DNA of 63,569 nt, the filler included, from Olpidium bornovanus S191 (Eukaryota; Fungi; Olpidiomycota): the NCBI GenBank assembly GCA_017911155.1. It is 24 parts of 24 records of this genome, joined end to end, with 100 filler letters (N's around TTAATTAATTAA, not from the genome) between each part and the next. Parts side by side here need not be neighbours in the genome. Positions count along the whole stretch, not along the records: positions 1 to 4,813 come from JAEFCI010002000.1; positions 4,914 to 5,917 come from JAEFCI010012256.1; positions 6,018 to 8,792 come from JAEFCI010002364.1; positions 8,893 to 11,128 come from JAEFCI010002642.1; positions 11,229 to 14,186 come from JAEFCI010010637.1; 19 more parts are not named here. The stretch is one strand, 5' to 3'. The position numbers were made by a program, and so were the translations under genes. This document shows positions 1 through 11,572 of this stretch, in pieces. Each line of letters begins with the position of its first letter. Position 1 is the stretch's first letter. Below the pieces are notes generated by a model that had not been told where the DNA came from, ran no database searches, and worked only from the letters and a program-made list of their open reading frames with translations.

Positions 1-760
1 GTGATCTCGGCGATTTCAAGGTCACGTGACTTTCTTGGCTGGCTGTTGGCGGGTTGTCCTCGATAAGGACTTGACATGGCCCGAGAGGGGTTTGACGCCA
101 CCGGAGCGCGCTCCGTGACACTGTGACTGTTTCTGTTGCGCAGACAAAAACTGCTGGAACATGGAAGTAAGCTGGTTTATATGCAAGCGCTGCTCTTCAA
201 GCTGCATGCGTGCTTCCTTTTTCTCTTCCTCTCGTTCTCTGGTTAGTGCCTCTAGTCGTGCTTCAAGCATGGCAGCCGGTCACTCTCAGTGCCAATCGCA
301 GAGACGGCGCCTCTCCTTGCTGCACCTTCCGGCGCGTTGGTTTGTTTTTTGTTCTCTCCGGCGCGGCCGGCCTCAGCAAAAAGGTGCGTAGTCAACGGAG
401 TGGCACTTACCTCCGCTCCAGTACAGACGGTAGACGAAGCTCGGCGTGCCGCAGTGGCGGCATCGGAAGCTTCGTCTCTGGTCATGGTGGTCACGAGATG
501 AAGGACGGGTGCCGCGGCGGCGGCGGTGAGTGTGTCGGTGGGCGCACGGCGGCGGGAGGGTGGCGGTTGCGCGGCGGCGCAGAGATGGCGGTCGCGCGCT
601 CTTCGGGAGCGCGAGGAGAAGGTGGTTGCGCTCTTCGGGAGCGTAGAGGAAGGCTCTTCGGAAAAAGGAAGAGATGGTTGCGCTCTTCAGGAGCGGGGGT
701 GGAGGTGCGGTCGTCGGGAGCGTTCACGGGCAGGGCGCTGTCCGCGTTGGGCTCATAACC
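1..760 (-). mobile_element. 5' part of an LTR retroelement (element B): PBS, repetitive leader and coiled-coil ORF, truncated at window start
   Basis: Minus-strand GGTTATGAGCCC primer site at 749-760. The leader has repeated GAAGAGCGCAACCA units. ORF 22-270 is coiled-coil-like. Positions 5-102 are collinear with 18759-18856 on another contig. Confidence 0.55.
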
Positions 761-820
761 TTTTGCGGTTGTGTTTGGGAATTCCGCCGGGTGGCGTTTT
801 TATTGGAGCTCGTAATTCTA

Positions 821-2872
821 CTATATATATATATGTACGGCATAGAGCGACAGGCATGAATCTAGATAGACATGTTCTGCCTGCGGATTGTTCTCATCGG
901 TTGAGACACGTTTAGCCATTGTCAATAACACGACAGCTGCGTTTGCCTCTGCCGCAGCTGGTTGGTTATTGTTTGTATGGTAGCGGTTTGCGGGTCGATC
1001 ACGATGGTGATTTTGCCCGCCAATATTTTCACTGCATCTCACATTACCGTTTTATTGTCTGTTGTTCCGCGTCGGGCATGTCTTCGAGGTGTGGCCCTTT
1101 TGATGACAGATGTGACACTCAATTTTGGCCCATGGGATGAGCTTGCCTGTCCATGTCCTAAAATGTGTACGAGGGTTAAATTTCTCACGACCCTTTGGTT
1201 TTTCTTTGTCACCTTTCACAAGGTTCGCTCGGGCATCAATCATACTGGGCCCGGCCGTTATTTTTGGCCATTTAACAAATGGTGCGAGACGGATTGCTGC
1301 GTTTTGCAAACCTTGCATATTCTTCGGCAATTCGGGCATTAGTAATAAAGCTTTTTCCAGTTCAATGGGTAAGGCTGACCTGTATGCGCATAACCATGTT
1401 TGGTAATTTGCTGTCTCGCCCGTGAGTTGCATTAACGCGTTGTTGAAAGCATCCATGAACGCATGGACATTATTGAATCTTGTGTGGCCGAACCGTAGCA
1501 GCTTTTTGCGAATTTGTACGTCGTATTCTGCTGGGTAGAAACACTTCCGCAATGCTTCACGAAATTCCGGCCATGTTGTCCATCGGCTCGGGTGACCTTG
1601 CGGGTATTGTTTCTCATGGTTTAGCCAGAGTGAGGCTGCCGACTTCTCAAGCATTGCAACGGCTTGTGACAGTTTCAAGGTATCGGGTACGAGACCTGCA
1701 GAATGGTGGTCATACGTGTCAAACTTCGAGACAAAAACTTCAAGCGTTAGTGCCCCCCGTGCCCATCATATTTGGGAACGTCAGACAGTAAAGGTTTGAC
1801 CATGGAATAAAACTTCGTATTGTTTCTATTGTTAGTGTATTCGCATGAGTCGTCGTCTTCGTGCATTCGTGAGCATGTGCATGGTTGTACATTCGAAACG
1901 GTTGACCTGTTGTCATCAGCGTCTACGTCCAGATCTTCGTCTCAATAGAATGTTGTTTCTCCACGCGTTTCTGTTTCAGTGCTGTTGTTAGTAGTTACAA
2001 GTCGTTCGAGAAGCAGTTCGATGCGACTCAGGCGTTGTTCGTTAGCAGTTCTATCTTCCGCAGCGCGCTTCTCATTTTCAGCAAGTTCTCCGCGCACTTT
2101 ATCTAGAACCAAAGCACGCACTAGAGAAAGGTCTCGTTTTGCGTCATCGTCTTTCCCTCTTCCTAAGGTTCCAGGCCTCTTGGTGGTGACGTACACCGGG
2201 TCTCTTGCTGGCAGCTGCTGTTCCTTTGGTGCGCGTTTTTCTGAACGCTCTTCTGCACTCACAACATCACTGCGGCCTCTTGCGGGAGCCGGGCTGCGTT
2301 CCAGCACCATTCTTTCTTCTTTTTTTTTTTTTTTTTTTTGCGGATGGCTTTCCTTCTGCGCTCTTTCGGCGCAGCGCTCCTTCTGCGCTCCTTCTGCGCT
2401 CCTTCTGCGCTCCTTCGGCGCGGCGCTCCTTCTGCGCTCCTTCGGCGCGGCGCTCCTTCTGCGGGGCGCTTCCTCTGTGCGGCGCGGCGCACCTGCGGCC
2501 GGCGCGGCGCTCTTTCTGCGCTGCGCTCCTGCTGCGCTCTTCGATGCGGCGCGGCGCGGCGCTTCTTCTGCGCTCGCGCTCTTTCTGCGCTCCACCGGTC
2601 CTCCCGTGCGCAATGGCGCGGCGCGGCGCTCTTTCGGCGGCGGCGCGGCGCTCCTTCTGCGCTCGCGCTCCGTCAGCGCTCTTCGATGAGCGGTGGTGGG
2701 CTGCGGCGGCGGTGGGCGGTCACGCGGAGGCGGTGGCGGGTGCGCGGCAGCGAGGTCAGGGAGTCCGTGGGCTCATAACCTGTTGTTTTCTTTTCTTTGT
2801 TTCGTTGGTTTTCTCTTTCGTGCAGAGGGGCTATGGACAGGACTGTGCACTCGTATAAAACATCCCGTGACA
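821..2872 (-). mobile_element. Degenerate LTR retrotransposon (element A): short LTR, PBS and gag pseudogene with CCHC knuckle
   Basis: A 92-bp TGT...ACA segment (2781-2872) abuts the PBS (2769-2780). The gag frame reads PKYDG...LEVFVSKFD...WTTWPEFREALRKCF...CHICHQKGHTSKTC. It is interrupted by an in-frame TGA (1942-1944), a 1-nt frameshift in a G6 run (1753-1758) and a TAA (1052-1054), and continues in frame to AEANAA...VYLDSC. Confidence 0.85.
2769..2780 (-). other. Primer-binding site complementary to the anticodon arm of initiator tRNA-Met (copia/Ty5 half-tRNA type); second copy at 749-760
   Basis: Minus strand reads ACA|GGTTATGAGCCC, the reverse complement of GGGCUCAUAACC in the fungal tRNAi-Met anticodon stem-loop. 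Confidence 0.8.
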
Positions 2873-3279
2873 AAATAGAATAAAATAGAATAAAGTAGAA
2901 TAAAATGGAATAAAATAAAATAGAATAGAATAAAATAAAATAAAATAGAATAAAGTGAAATAAAATAAAATAAAATAAAACAAAATAAAATAAAATAAAA
3001 TAAATTACAAAAATAAAATAAAATAAAATACAAAAAATAAAATAAAGTAAAATAAAATAAAAAAATAAAATAAAACAAAATAAAATTAATTACAAAAAAT
3101 AAAATAAGATAAAATACAAAAAAGTAAAATAAAACAAAATACAAAAAAAGTAAAATAGAATAAAATAAAATAAAATAAATGACAAAAAAAAATAAAATAA
3201 AATACAAAAAATAAAATAAATTACAAAAAAATAAAATAAAATACAAACAATAAAATAAAATACAAACAATAAAATAAAA
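2873..3279 (+). repeat. Degenerate (AAAAT)n / (TAAAA)n satellite, about 400 bp
   Basis: Near-continuous AAAAT, AAAAG and AAAAC pentamers directly outside the LTR 5' end. Confidence 0.95.
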
Positions 3280-4477
3280 TAGCCGATGTCTAACGCTGTG
3301 GAAGAATTTCCTCTATGGCAGACGGAACAGGGGGTATGAGGCAAGTGGAACGACGAATGAAGGCTGTCAACGAAGAAGCGACTAAATTTGACAAATTAGC
3401 GAGGGGGCGGGACGAAGTGTCACACAGGGAGCTGCTGGCGACTGCGGGAGAGTGACGCGCCGGGTGTGGGGGGTAATTAACACGCATCCGGGAGGTGGGG
3501 AAGACGCGTTAGAAAGCCGAGCGGACCCCGCACTCCGCTCCGTAGAGTACACCCGTTGACGCACGAACGCACAAGGCAGAGCAGAACCGGCAGATCGCCC
3601 GGGGCACTCGAGCAGAGAAAGAGAGATAGAAAGAGAGATAGAAAAAGAACGAGAAGAAGAGGGAATTGAAATCGCGTTTATTTCCATCAAGTCGTCTGAC
3701 CTCCGCCTCGGAGAAGCTCTGGGGCTTAACGACCGACTCCGCCCTCGTTAAAGTACAAAACTAGTACAACAACGCCTGTGCCGGACTTCGTGACGGAGAG
3801 GGTCGCGAGCCCGGCATTCAGGGTTTTGTCCCTTTTCAATTCTTCCTCTTTATATTTGAGTGGACGTCCTCATTGCCACCAGATGTCGTGAGGAAAGCAC
3901 GATTGAATTTCTTTTTACTTTCGTCTGTTTTGTGAAAAAAAACAAAAAAGTATTGCTGGAGAAAGAAAGGCCGCGGCCTGTCTTACGGGCGGCCTCCGGG
4001 TGGCCGAATTTGCAAAATGGAACTTCTAAAGACCAAACCACGAGATGAGCGTCGTCGGGGTGGCGCAGCGTGGAAGTTGCGCAGGCGCACGGATGATTGT
4101 TGCGTAATTGCTTGACGCCGGGACAACGAAAATTGACGGCCTGTGCCAGAGAACCAGGCGTCGCACAACACACCTTAAGATGGGCAAAGAATTGCTGGGT
4201 GCGGAAACTGCTGCACTTAGGTCAGCAGTTCAGGTTGCTGGGTGGACACCGCCAGGACTGATTCGGCGGGTCTGGCGTCGGTACACACTTCGTATAACGT
4301 TTCGTCGCAAAACCACGACGGATTTTGCGTTCATTGAAATGAGATGCGTACGTCAATGCCGCTCCAGCTTGGCTAATTGCACCTGAAAACAGTGTGATTG
4401 TTACGTCCAAAAAAAGCCGTCTGGTTTTGCGCTCGAACAATCGTACCACCTCAACGGCGAACAGAAACGATTTCTGC

Positions 4478-4665
4478 TTTTTTTTTCTACTATGTGTTTT
4501 TGGTCTGTGTCTGCTGAAGTCGGTTGATTTCTCCCAAGCGCGGTAAATGACAACGGTTGATTGGACATAAATTTTTTTTGTTAGTATGCGTTTTTGATTT
4601 GTGCCTGATGAAGTCCGTGGATCTCCTCCAGGCTCGGTAAGTTACGGGGCCTGATTGGACACAAG
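4478..4665 (+). repeat. Diverged tandem duplication with 94-bp period, each unit carrying TGATTGGACA
   Basis: TGAAGTC at 4515 and 4609, TGATTGGACA at 4558 and 4652, CGGTAA in both units; the offset is a constant 94. Confidence 0.75.
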
Positions 4666-4813
4666 GCGCACAAATGTTCGCGTTTACTGCTAATCCTACT
4701 AACGATGCTTGGTAAAGATGCTTGATAATGTCGAATGCTTTGCTTTCACGAGATCGGAAAGAATGTTGGCTGGAACACGCCTCGCAGCTATTTGCGTGGT
4801 CAGCGGCACATGA

Positions 4814-4913
4814 NNNNNNNNNNNNNNNNNNNNNNNNNNNNNNNNNNNNNNNNNNNNTTAATTAATTAANNNNNNNNNNNNNNNNNNNNNNNNNNNNNNN
4901 NNNNNNNNNNNNN
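4814..4913. other. Artificial contig linker N44-TTAATTAATTAA-N44 (first of 23)
   Basis: The identical 100-bp linker, with stops in all six frames, starts at 4814, 5918, 8793, 11129, 14187, 15508, 18340, 20800, 22304, 23734, 25593, 28804, 30960, 33604, 35918, 42408, 46090, 47501, 51928, 54740, 58459, 60536 and 62107. Confidence 0.98.
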
Positions 4914-5182
4914 AAGAGCTCGGAGCCCCCGTGGTAACCGCGACCGCGCGGGAAGGGACCGGATGCACCGCGTCGACAGACGCGACGTCGAAGAACGGCT
5001 TTGCCGTCGACCTGACCTCCGCTCGACGTCGACGTGCATAAATAGCGTCCCTTCCGCTCTGTAGCTCGCCTTCAAACCTAACCTAGCTTAGCCTAGCCTT
5101 CCCTTTTGACTGCACTGTCAGCCCTCGTCACCTTACCTGTAGCACCCTGCTCAGACCTGACGAGGAAGAGGAATACAACGCT

Positions 5183-5325
5183 GTGAACCTTGCCGCAGTA
5201 CAACTGCACTCAAAGCTAGACGGGGAGCTTCCTATCACTCGCGCTTTCGGCACCATCCCCGATCTCAGCGGACTCCGTGTGATCGGGTGTATCGCCTATG
5301 CCCATGTCCCTGGTAAATTCGGGCT
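5183..5325 (+). mobile_element. Ty1/copia pol fragment (integrase C-terminal region)
   Basis: PITRAFGTIPDLSGLRVIGCIAYAHVP matches the copia motif G-x-x-PDLS-x-LRVFGC-x-AY-x-HVP. Confidence 0.8.
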
Positions 5326-5329
5326 TTAC

Positions 5330-5917
5330 CGTGAGTGCGTGCGCGGAAACGGCACCAAGTGGCATTTTGTGGCCACCAGGTAACACCACCGGAAACCATA
5401 ACAACCCCCCTTGCCGAAAGCGGGCAGGGGGCGCGCACCCCTTGGGAGGTTGTCTGGATACCCCTGAGGAGCGCACGGACGGGCTACCAGGTAACCAAAG
5501 AAGAAAGGGCACAACGTGGCGAGAAGAAGCCGGGAGAACAACGGGGAAAACCAAAACAAAGCGCCCTCTCGCCGAGCGGAAGTCCCACAAAGTGGCCGGG
5601 GCTCGGGTATAAAAGGCGGAACTTCCTCGCCCCGGAACCTTTTCCCCATCCCTTCTCCATCCTCTCCTACGTTAAGGTAAACGCGCCTTCCGGTGCATAT
5701 ACTGTTCGTAGGTACTATTACCTGGCCAATATTGGCGGGGTAAAATAGATTGACTTTTTACTACCTTTCGAGGTACTTCGTCCGAGATTGTCTTCTGGGT
5801 TCGGCCTTGCGCCTGACGGAAAGGATCTGTAACCTTGGTGCCACGTGTTGACACAAGTGAGCAAGGTGTGTGCGTTGGACAGAGCTCGGCGTTGCCTAAC
5901 GGCATAGAGCTCTACCC
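5330..5917. mobile_element. LTR-like non-coding segment; another LTR-like segment at 4914-5178
   Basis: TATAAAAGG followed by a pyrimidine-rich tract, no credible ORF, flanking a short copia fragment. Termini not resolved. Confidence 0.35.
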
Positions 5918-6017
5918 NNNNNNNNNNNNNNNNNNNNNNNNNNNNNNNNNNNNNNNNNNNNTTAATTAATTAANNNNNNNNNNNNNNNNNNNNNNNNNNN
6001 NNNNNNNNNNNNNNNNN

Positions 6018-6799
6018 CATGTTCACACTAATTTTGAGGAGGTCGGCGGGGTTTCAGCTGCGGACGGCGTTCGGCAGCGACCGGCGTTTTCGCCGGCACG
6101 GGCGATGCAGGCGAGAAAAGGAAAAAAAAAGGTGGGCGGGGTGGAATGGGAGGTACTGACGCGACCAACGCGATCGTCGATATTATTCCTGGCACGTAGT
6201 CGGCTCCGGTGATCTCCCCTCCGTCGTGGACATCGTGATGTCCGGATATCGCGTGAGCGTCTGGGGTGGAGCGGGGAAGGAGGAGGGGGGGGGACGCAGC
6301 GGTTTCTGCAGAAATAAGCAGAGAAAAACTGCCGTCTCCCTTCCCCTTCTGCGTTCGTCCGCCCTCTCCCCCAAGTTACGATTCGTCCGTACCTATCAGA
6401 CACCTGCGGCGGGCAGGTTGCAAAGCGCGCGTCAAGACGTCAAAGCCGGATAGAAATCTCCGTCCGAAGGATCGTCGGACCTGGGTAAATGGAGGAGGCG
6501 GTCGCCCGGACCTACCACCATCCGATCGCGAACTGCTTCCGCCGCAAGAGCGATGCCCGGAGCGGGGCGGAAGGTGCAACGAAGGAGGGGAATGATGTGG
6601 AGGAGGAGCGCGTACGCCTGCGGTCAGCCCCGGGGCCGGCACTCCGCGCATTGGGGGAAAGGAAACTCCCGAGGGGCGTGGGCAATGGGACCGGTGGGGG
6701 GGGGGGAAGAGGTTGGTGGGAATGGAGGGGCAGGGGCGGTCCACGCAGGCAGCGCACCAGGCAGCCGGCGAAGTAGATCAGGTATCCCGAACTCCGCAT
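6018..6799 (-). CDS. VPS68: Vps68/TMEM50 (UPF0220) vacuolar sorting membrane protein, 3'-truncated
   Basis: Exons 6799-6758, 6532-6516, 6403-6393, 6260-6161 and 6027-6018, all GT-AG. Spliced product: MRSSGYLIYFAGCLFAIGWWCLIDAHAISGHHDVHDGGEITGADYVPGIISTIALVAVNM. Confidence 0.88.
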
Positions 6800-8652
6800 C
6801 GTTGCTTCTCTCTCTCTCTCTCTCTATCTCTCTCACACACACGGGCGAGAAGCCGCTCCCGCCGGCGGAGCGTGCCGCGCGCGCAGCAGCAGCCGCAGCC
6901 TGCGTCTGCAGCAATCGGTTTTCCTTCCCCCGCGGGGACCGTGAGGGGGCGCCTGGAGCTGCTGGTGCTTGGTGCCCGGCGCTGCTGCTGCTGCTGCTGC
7001 CGGGCGGAGTGGCGGCGGAGGGGCGGCGGGCGGAGGGGCGGCGGGCGGGGTGCTCGCGCCCGGAGCAGCCGCGGCGGAGAGGAAAAGGAGAGACAGAGAG
7101 AGAGAGAAAGAGAGAGAGAGAGAGCCGCGAAAAGAACAGAGAGAAAAGCAGAGATCTGACTTCCCGCCCGCCCCGCCCGCCCCGCCCGCTCGCTCGGCTT
7201 CTCGCGCGACAACAAGCACGTCCCGGAGTGAAGGCGGAGAGGAACCCGCGATCCGCCGCCTCCGCACGCAGAAACCCCGCAGGGAGGGGGGGAAGGATTT
7301 TGGCGCAGATCTGCGATCCCGCAGCAAACCCTCACTTGCAACATGCCAAATGCCCCAAACAGACGTGGCTAACCAGAATGAGCAGGTGGAAGGGCAGCAA
7401 CCGCCAGCCTGCGGCATTATCTCTCCACAAAACGTCGCCCCAGGAGACCAGGCCCCCGCCCGCGTTCCCTCGCTAAACCAACGAGTGAGATTACTGGAAT
7501 GGAGGGGGGTGGGGGGTTCCTTTTCTTTTTGCTTTGTTTCCCCGAAAGCCTTGAAGTCTGCAATGACGGGATATGCACGGGTGGCGGCCGGCCGGACGTA
7601 AACGGCCTTCTGCGAAGTCGCTGAAATAGTACGGAATTGGAGGGCGCTCTGCCGAAGTTGTTTTCCCACCATTCCCACAGGACGGCCCGAGCTCCCGAGG
7701 AAGGCGGGATCAAGGTAAAAAACGCCAGCACGCAGCGCAATGCTTCCCTGCACGGGGCAAGGAGCATTGTGTTTCGCGAGTGGAGAGATACGGCGGGCCC
7801 CGCTCAGCCCCGCTGGGGCAAAAATTCCCGTCCGGGGAGGGGGGGGAAGCCGCTGCTCGCATTCGCCTCTCCGGGGGGTTTCCGACGTGCGCGGCGGCGG
7901 TCGTTTCCCGAGTAATTTTTCCCTTCCCCAACACCCTTCCCGTCCCCACCCTGCTCCCGCAGTCAAAAGCGCCCCGATCTTGATTTCGTCAACCGTTGCC
8001 GTCCTACTGCTCCCGGCGGAATCCCGACCCGGTAAATAGCCTCCTTCCCAGGCTTTTCACCTTGAGTCCAGGCCCAAGGACGCCCCTGGTGCTACGAATG
8101 GGACTCGAGGACAAAGGGGCGCCTGGGCTACGAGCGTCGTCGGTCGTCGCGATGGAGTCGGGCCTGCCGGCAACTGGTGTCTCGGGGCGTCCCGCCAGTT
8201 CGCCGAAACGAAAAGGGGAAACACGGCGGCGTGCTATGTGGTAAGGGAATGACTGCGTTTTTTTTTTTTTTTTTTTTTTTTGTGATCAGCCGCTTCCTCA
8301 GGGGCGGACGGTCGACCGGTACGGCCGGTTTCCTCCGCTCACAAAACCGCCTATCGCTGGGAACCTCTCGCAACTGCTCGTGGGGGACGTGGTAGGATCG
8401 ACCGGACCGAGCAGGAGGTTCGGGATCAGTTGGCGTGGGAGAAGAAATGGGGAGTCGCAAAAGGCCTGTACGAGGACCACTCGGCGGCGCCGTCGAGATA
8501 CGCGGCGAAGCCCGAGGTCTGCGCGGCGAGAGCGGCGGGGTTCGACATCGTGTTTTGGATCGGGAAACCCTGACCGACCGCGAAAAATGACGCCGCCGAC
8601 CGTTTTTTTTTCCTTCTACTTTTCTCTTTCTCGCTCTCTCTCTCTGTGCCTT

Positions 8653-8703
<51 letters not shown>

Positions 8704-10341
8704 CCGGCCGCGGACCCGGTGGAGACGGGCGGGGCGGAAGGAGCCAACCCCCCCCCCACGCCAGCAGCGACAGAGGCTAGAGGTTTCTCGGGNNNNNNNN
8801 NNNNNNNNNNNNNNNNNNNNNNNNNNNNNNNNNNNNTTAATTAATTAANNNNNNNNNNNNNNNNNNNNNNNNNNNNNNNNNNNNNNNNNNNNGATAGTCG
8901 AAAACACACGAGCGTTTCTGCTCCTGCAAGCAGCGTGCCGGGGAACAAATGATGACGTCGGCCCGAACAGGGAACTCCGAAATCGCTTACATGGTTGCAA
9001 CTCAAATTCTGACCTCCGACCCTGCCTCGCTAACTCGACGCTGGAATTAAGCCGGCAATCCTTTCCTTCGGCAAAGGGTACCACCCCCCCCCCCCATCCC
9101 CCCCTCCTCCTGGCGCGTCCATCTGCGCCGTCCGCGTTTTTCTTACGCGAGTTGATTTAATTTGGGGATAACTTAAGAGCGCAACCGGGCGGCAAAGGCG
9201 ACTGCGCCGGTTGTTAAGATCGGGCTCGGCTTCCGTGCCGGCTTGTCGGCGTTGCGACAAAATATGCCCGTCCTCGCCGCCACCGCACGCCGGCGTCAGG
9301 GCAACCTGCCGGTCGTCGGACGCGTTCCCCCGAGCGACGCCGTGAGCGCAAGACCGACGCGCCCGCTGCGCCGGAACACTTCCGCATTGGCTTGTTTCCG
9401 CGCGTGCTGGCCTTCTGTCGTGCAAACCGCCGCACGGGCCACCCGCCGGGCCCGGCCTTGCCGCGGTCGTGTGGGGCTTAGGCTCCTGAAACTTCATGTC
9501 CGCAGTCGGCCCTCATTCCTCCCCCGGCCCGCCCGTGAGCAAAAACCGCGGGTCCGCTCAGCGGCAAGCCGTCCCGGTCTGTACGCCTGAGACGGACGTT
9601 GGCCGCGCCGCAACCGTGTGCCCTGGAGCGGTTCCGTCGGGCTAGGCGGGGACGGGCGAAAATAACGTTGTTTGGGCGCGGGTCGCGCTCTCGGGCGCGG
9701 AGGCCGGCGGCTTTGCCAAACCGACGTCCGGCCTTGTTTCCCTGCCGGGCGCTTTGGCGGAGCTCTGCCAACGCGACCAGATGACTTGTTCGCGGTGAAG
9801 CCGGCACGGACGTCAGCAAACGATAAGACTCCGGCGTTCTCAAAGGTATTTCCGTCGACGGCGACGGCCCGGCGCCGGCGAACAGTGCTCGGCTTGGAAG
9901 ATCGCGGAGGCGTTTGGTATGAGTTTTTGCAACGGCTTGTGGTCAGCAAAATCTGCTTGTTGCGTTTCGCTTACAGAGCGCTTTGACTTCGTCCCGTGCA
10001 GTGGCGGAAACTTTCGAAATCCAAAGGAGAAATAACAATGAAACGGAAAGTACAAAGACGTGACGCCAGGAAACAGTGCGCGGTCGTCGCAAAATGGCGA
10101 AGGCGCGTCCGAACCTCCGCGGACTGTCTCGAGTCGTGCTGCGCAATAAGGGTGCCTGGAACGGTGCTCCAGCTGGAGTGGGAAAAAAATGTAACGTCCG
10201 GATTTTCAGGTGCACACAAGCCTTCAGCTCCGCCCACACCTCCAACCTTCTCTTTCTCGCTCTGGCTTACGCGCTCGCACAAGGGATGTATATGGAGGAA
10301 GGGTTGCGGACGGGGGGGGGGGGGGGGGGGGGGGGGGGAGG

Positions 10342-10385
<44 letters not shown>

Positions 10386-11229
10386 GGGGAGGTGGGGAAG
10401 ACGGTGTCGGAAGCTCGCGGGAAGCTGTTCTATTCAGGCGTTACTACCCGCTTTTATAGAGGGCAGTTCAGGGCTAAATCCCTAGTTGGGCGCGGTGCCC
10501 TGAAACCCCCTCTTTGTTTGAGACTACGACTACGTTTCGCCCCTTGCGGCCCGACAGACGTGGCGCGACTTCGACCGCCCCCCACCGCTCCTCGGCATTC
10601 GTCCCTCGAGCCAAAACAGAATATATATATTTTCACCCTCCCCTCCGGGGGGTCATAACCCCGCCCCCTCGTCGCACCAGGCATCAACGTGTACAACCTC
10701 GTTTAATTATGCTGCTCTTTTTTTTCTCCGTCCCTCTCTCGCTCTCTCTCTCTCTCTCTTGCAGCGCGCTTGCGGATACTCTCTCCTCTTCGTCCGGCGC
10801 GCTCTCTGTTCGACCGCGTAGCAATATCGGGCGGGCACGATGTCATATCTCTGAGGGTGGGGATTCCGGGCCGGACCTGCCTGACGGGACGGTGCGAAAT
10901 CGTCGCTCTCGCTCGGCGCCTACGCTCCTTTTATTCTCCTCCTCGACCACGGTGTCGGAGCCAAATTGACAAAAAGTGCACTTGAAACACTGCTGTCGTG
11001 CCCACAAAACAAGGAAACCACAGCGCTGGAGACTCTGATTTCCTCCGTTTTTCGTCTCTTTTAATCACTTCGTCATTTCAATCCGGTCCGCACAATCCTG
11101 AGCCAAATGAGTTCGCTAAACAGCATGANNNNNNNNNNNNNNNNNNNNNNNNNNNNNNNNNNNNNNNNNNNNTTAATTAATTAANNNNNNNNNNNNNNNN
11201 NNNNNNNNNNNNNNNNNNNNNNNNNNNNC

Positions 11230-11572
11230 ATGAAATATTCGGCCTTTCTGCCACAAGGCCAAACCGCCCGAGAACAAACGCAAGCTGCATCTCTTGTGCC
11301 TGCGTGGCGGCCCGCCGAAGTCGTGTCCACCTCTCCGCCCACATCAGTGAATCATTTTCTAATTAATGTAAGTGGAGTAGAGAAACGATATCTGCACAAC
11401 TGCGGAACGACAGGCTGATTTTACGGTGACGGTCTAGTACAATGAGGACCACAATGTCGCCCTCAGGACCATTTTGCGTGGCACGGTTTTGCTTGAAGAA
11501 AAAATTAATGACGTTGCCAAGACATTCAAAAATTCCCTGCCCTTCACCATCGATAAGGGATGGGACAGCTAC
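11230..11572 (+). CDS. Two exons of an unidentified protein (partial)
   Basis: Exons 11230-11367 and 11438-11572 both end in phase 0 with GTAAGT/GTAAGC donors and are separated by a 70-nt intron. They read ...VNHFLIN|YNEDHNVALRTILRGTVLLEEKINDVAKTFKNSLPFTIDKGWDSY. Confidence 0.45.

Noticed and set aside
2773-3344. Hydrophobic F/I/L/Y-rich ORFs
   Set aside because: These are translations of the (AAAAT)n satellite.
8290-8520. Exon-like frame TEQEVRDQLAWEKKWGVAKGLYED, reminiscent of small ciliary proteins
   Set aside because: I could not establish a consistent splice phase or family, so it is not reported as a feature.
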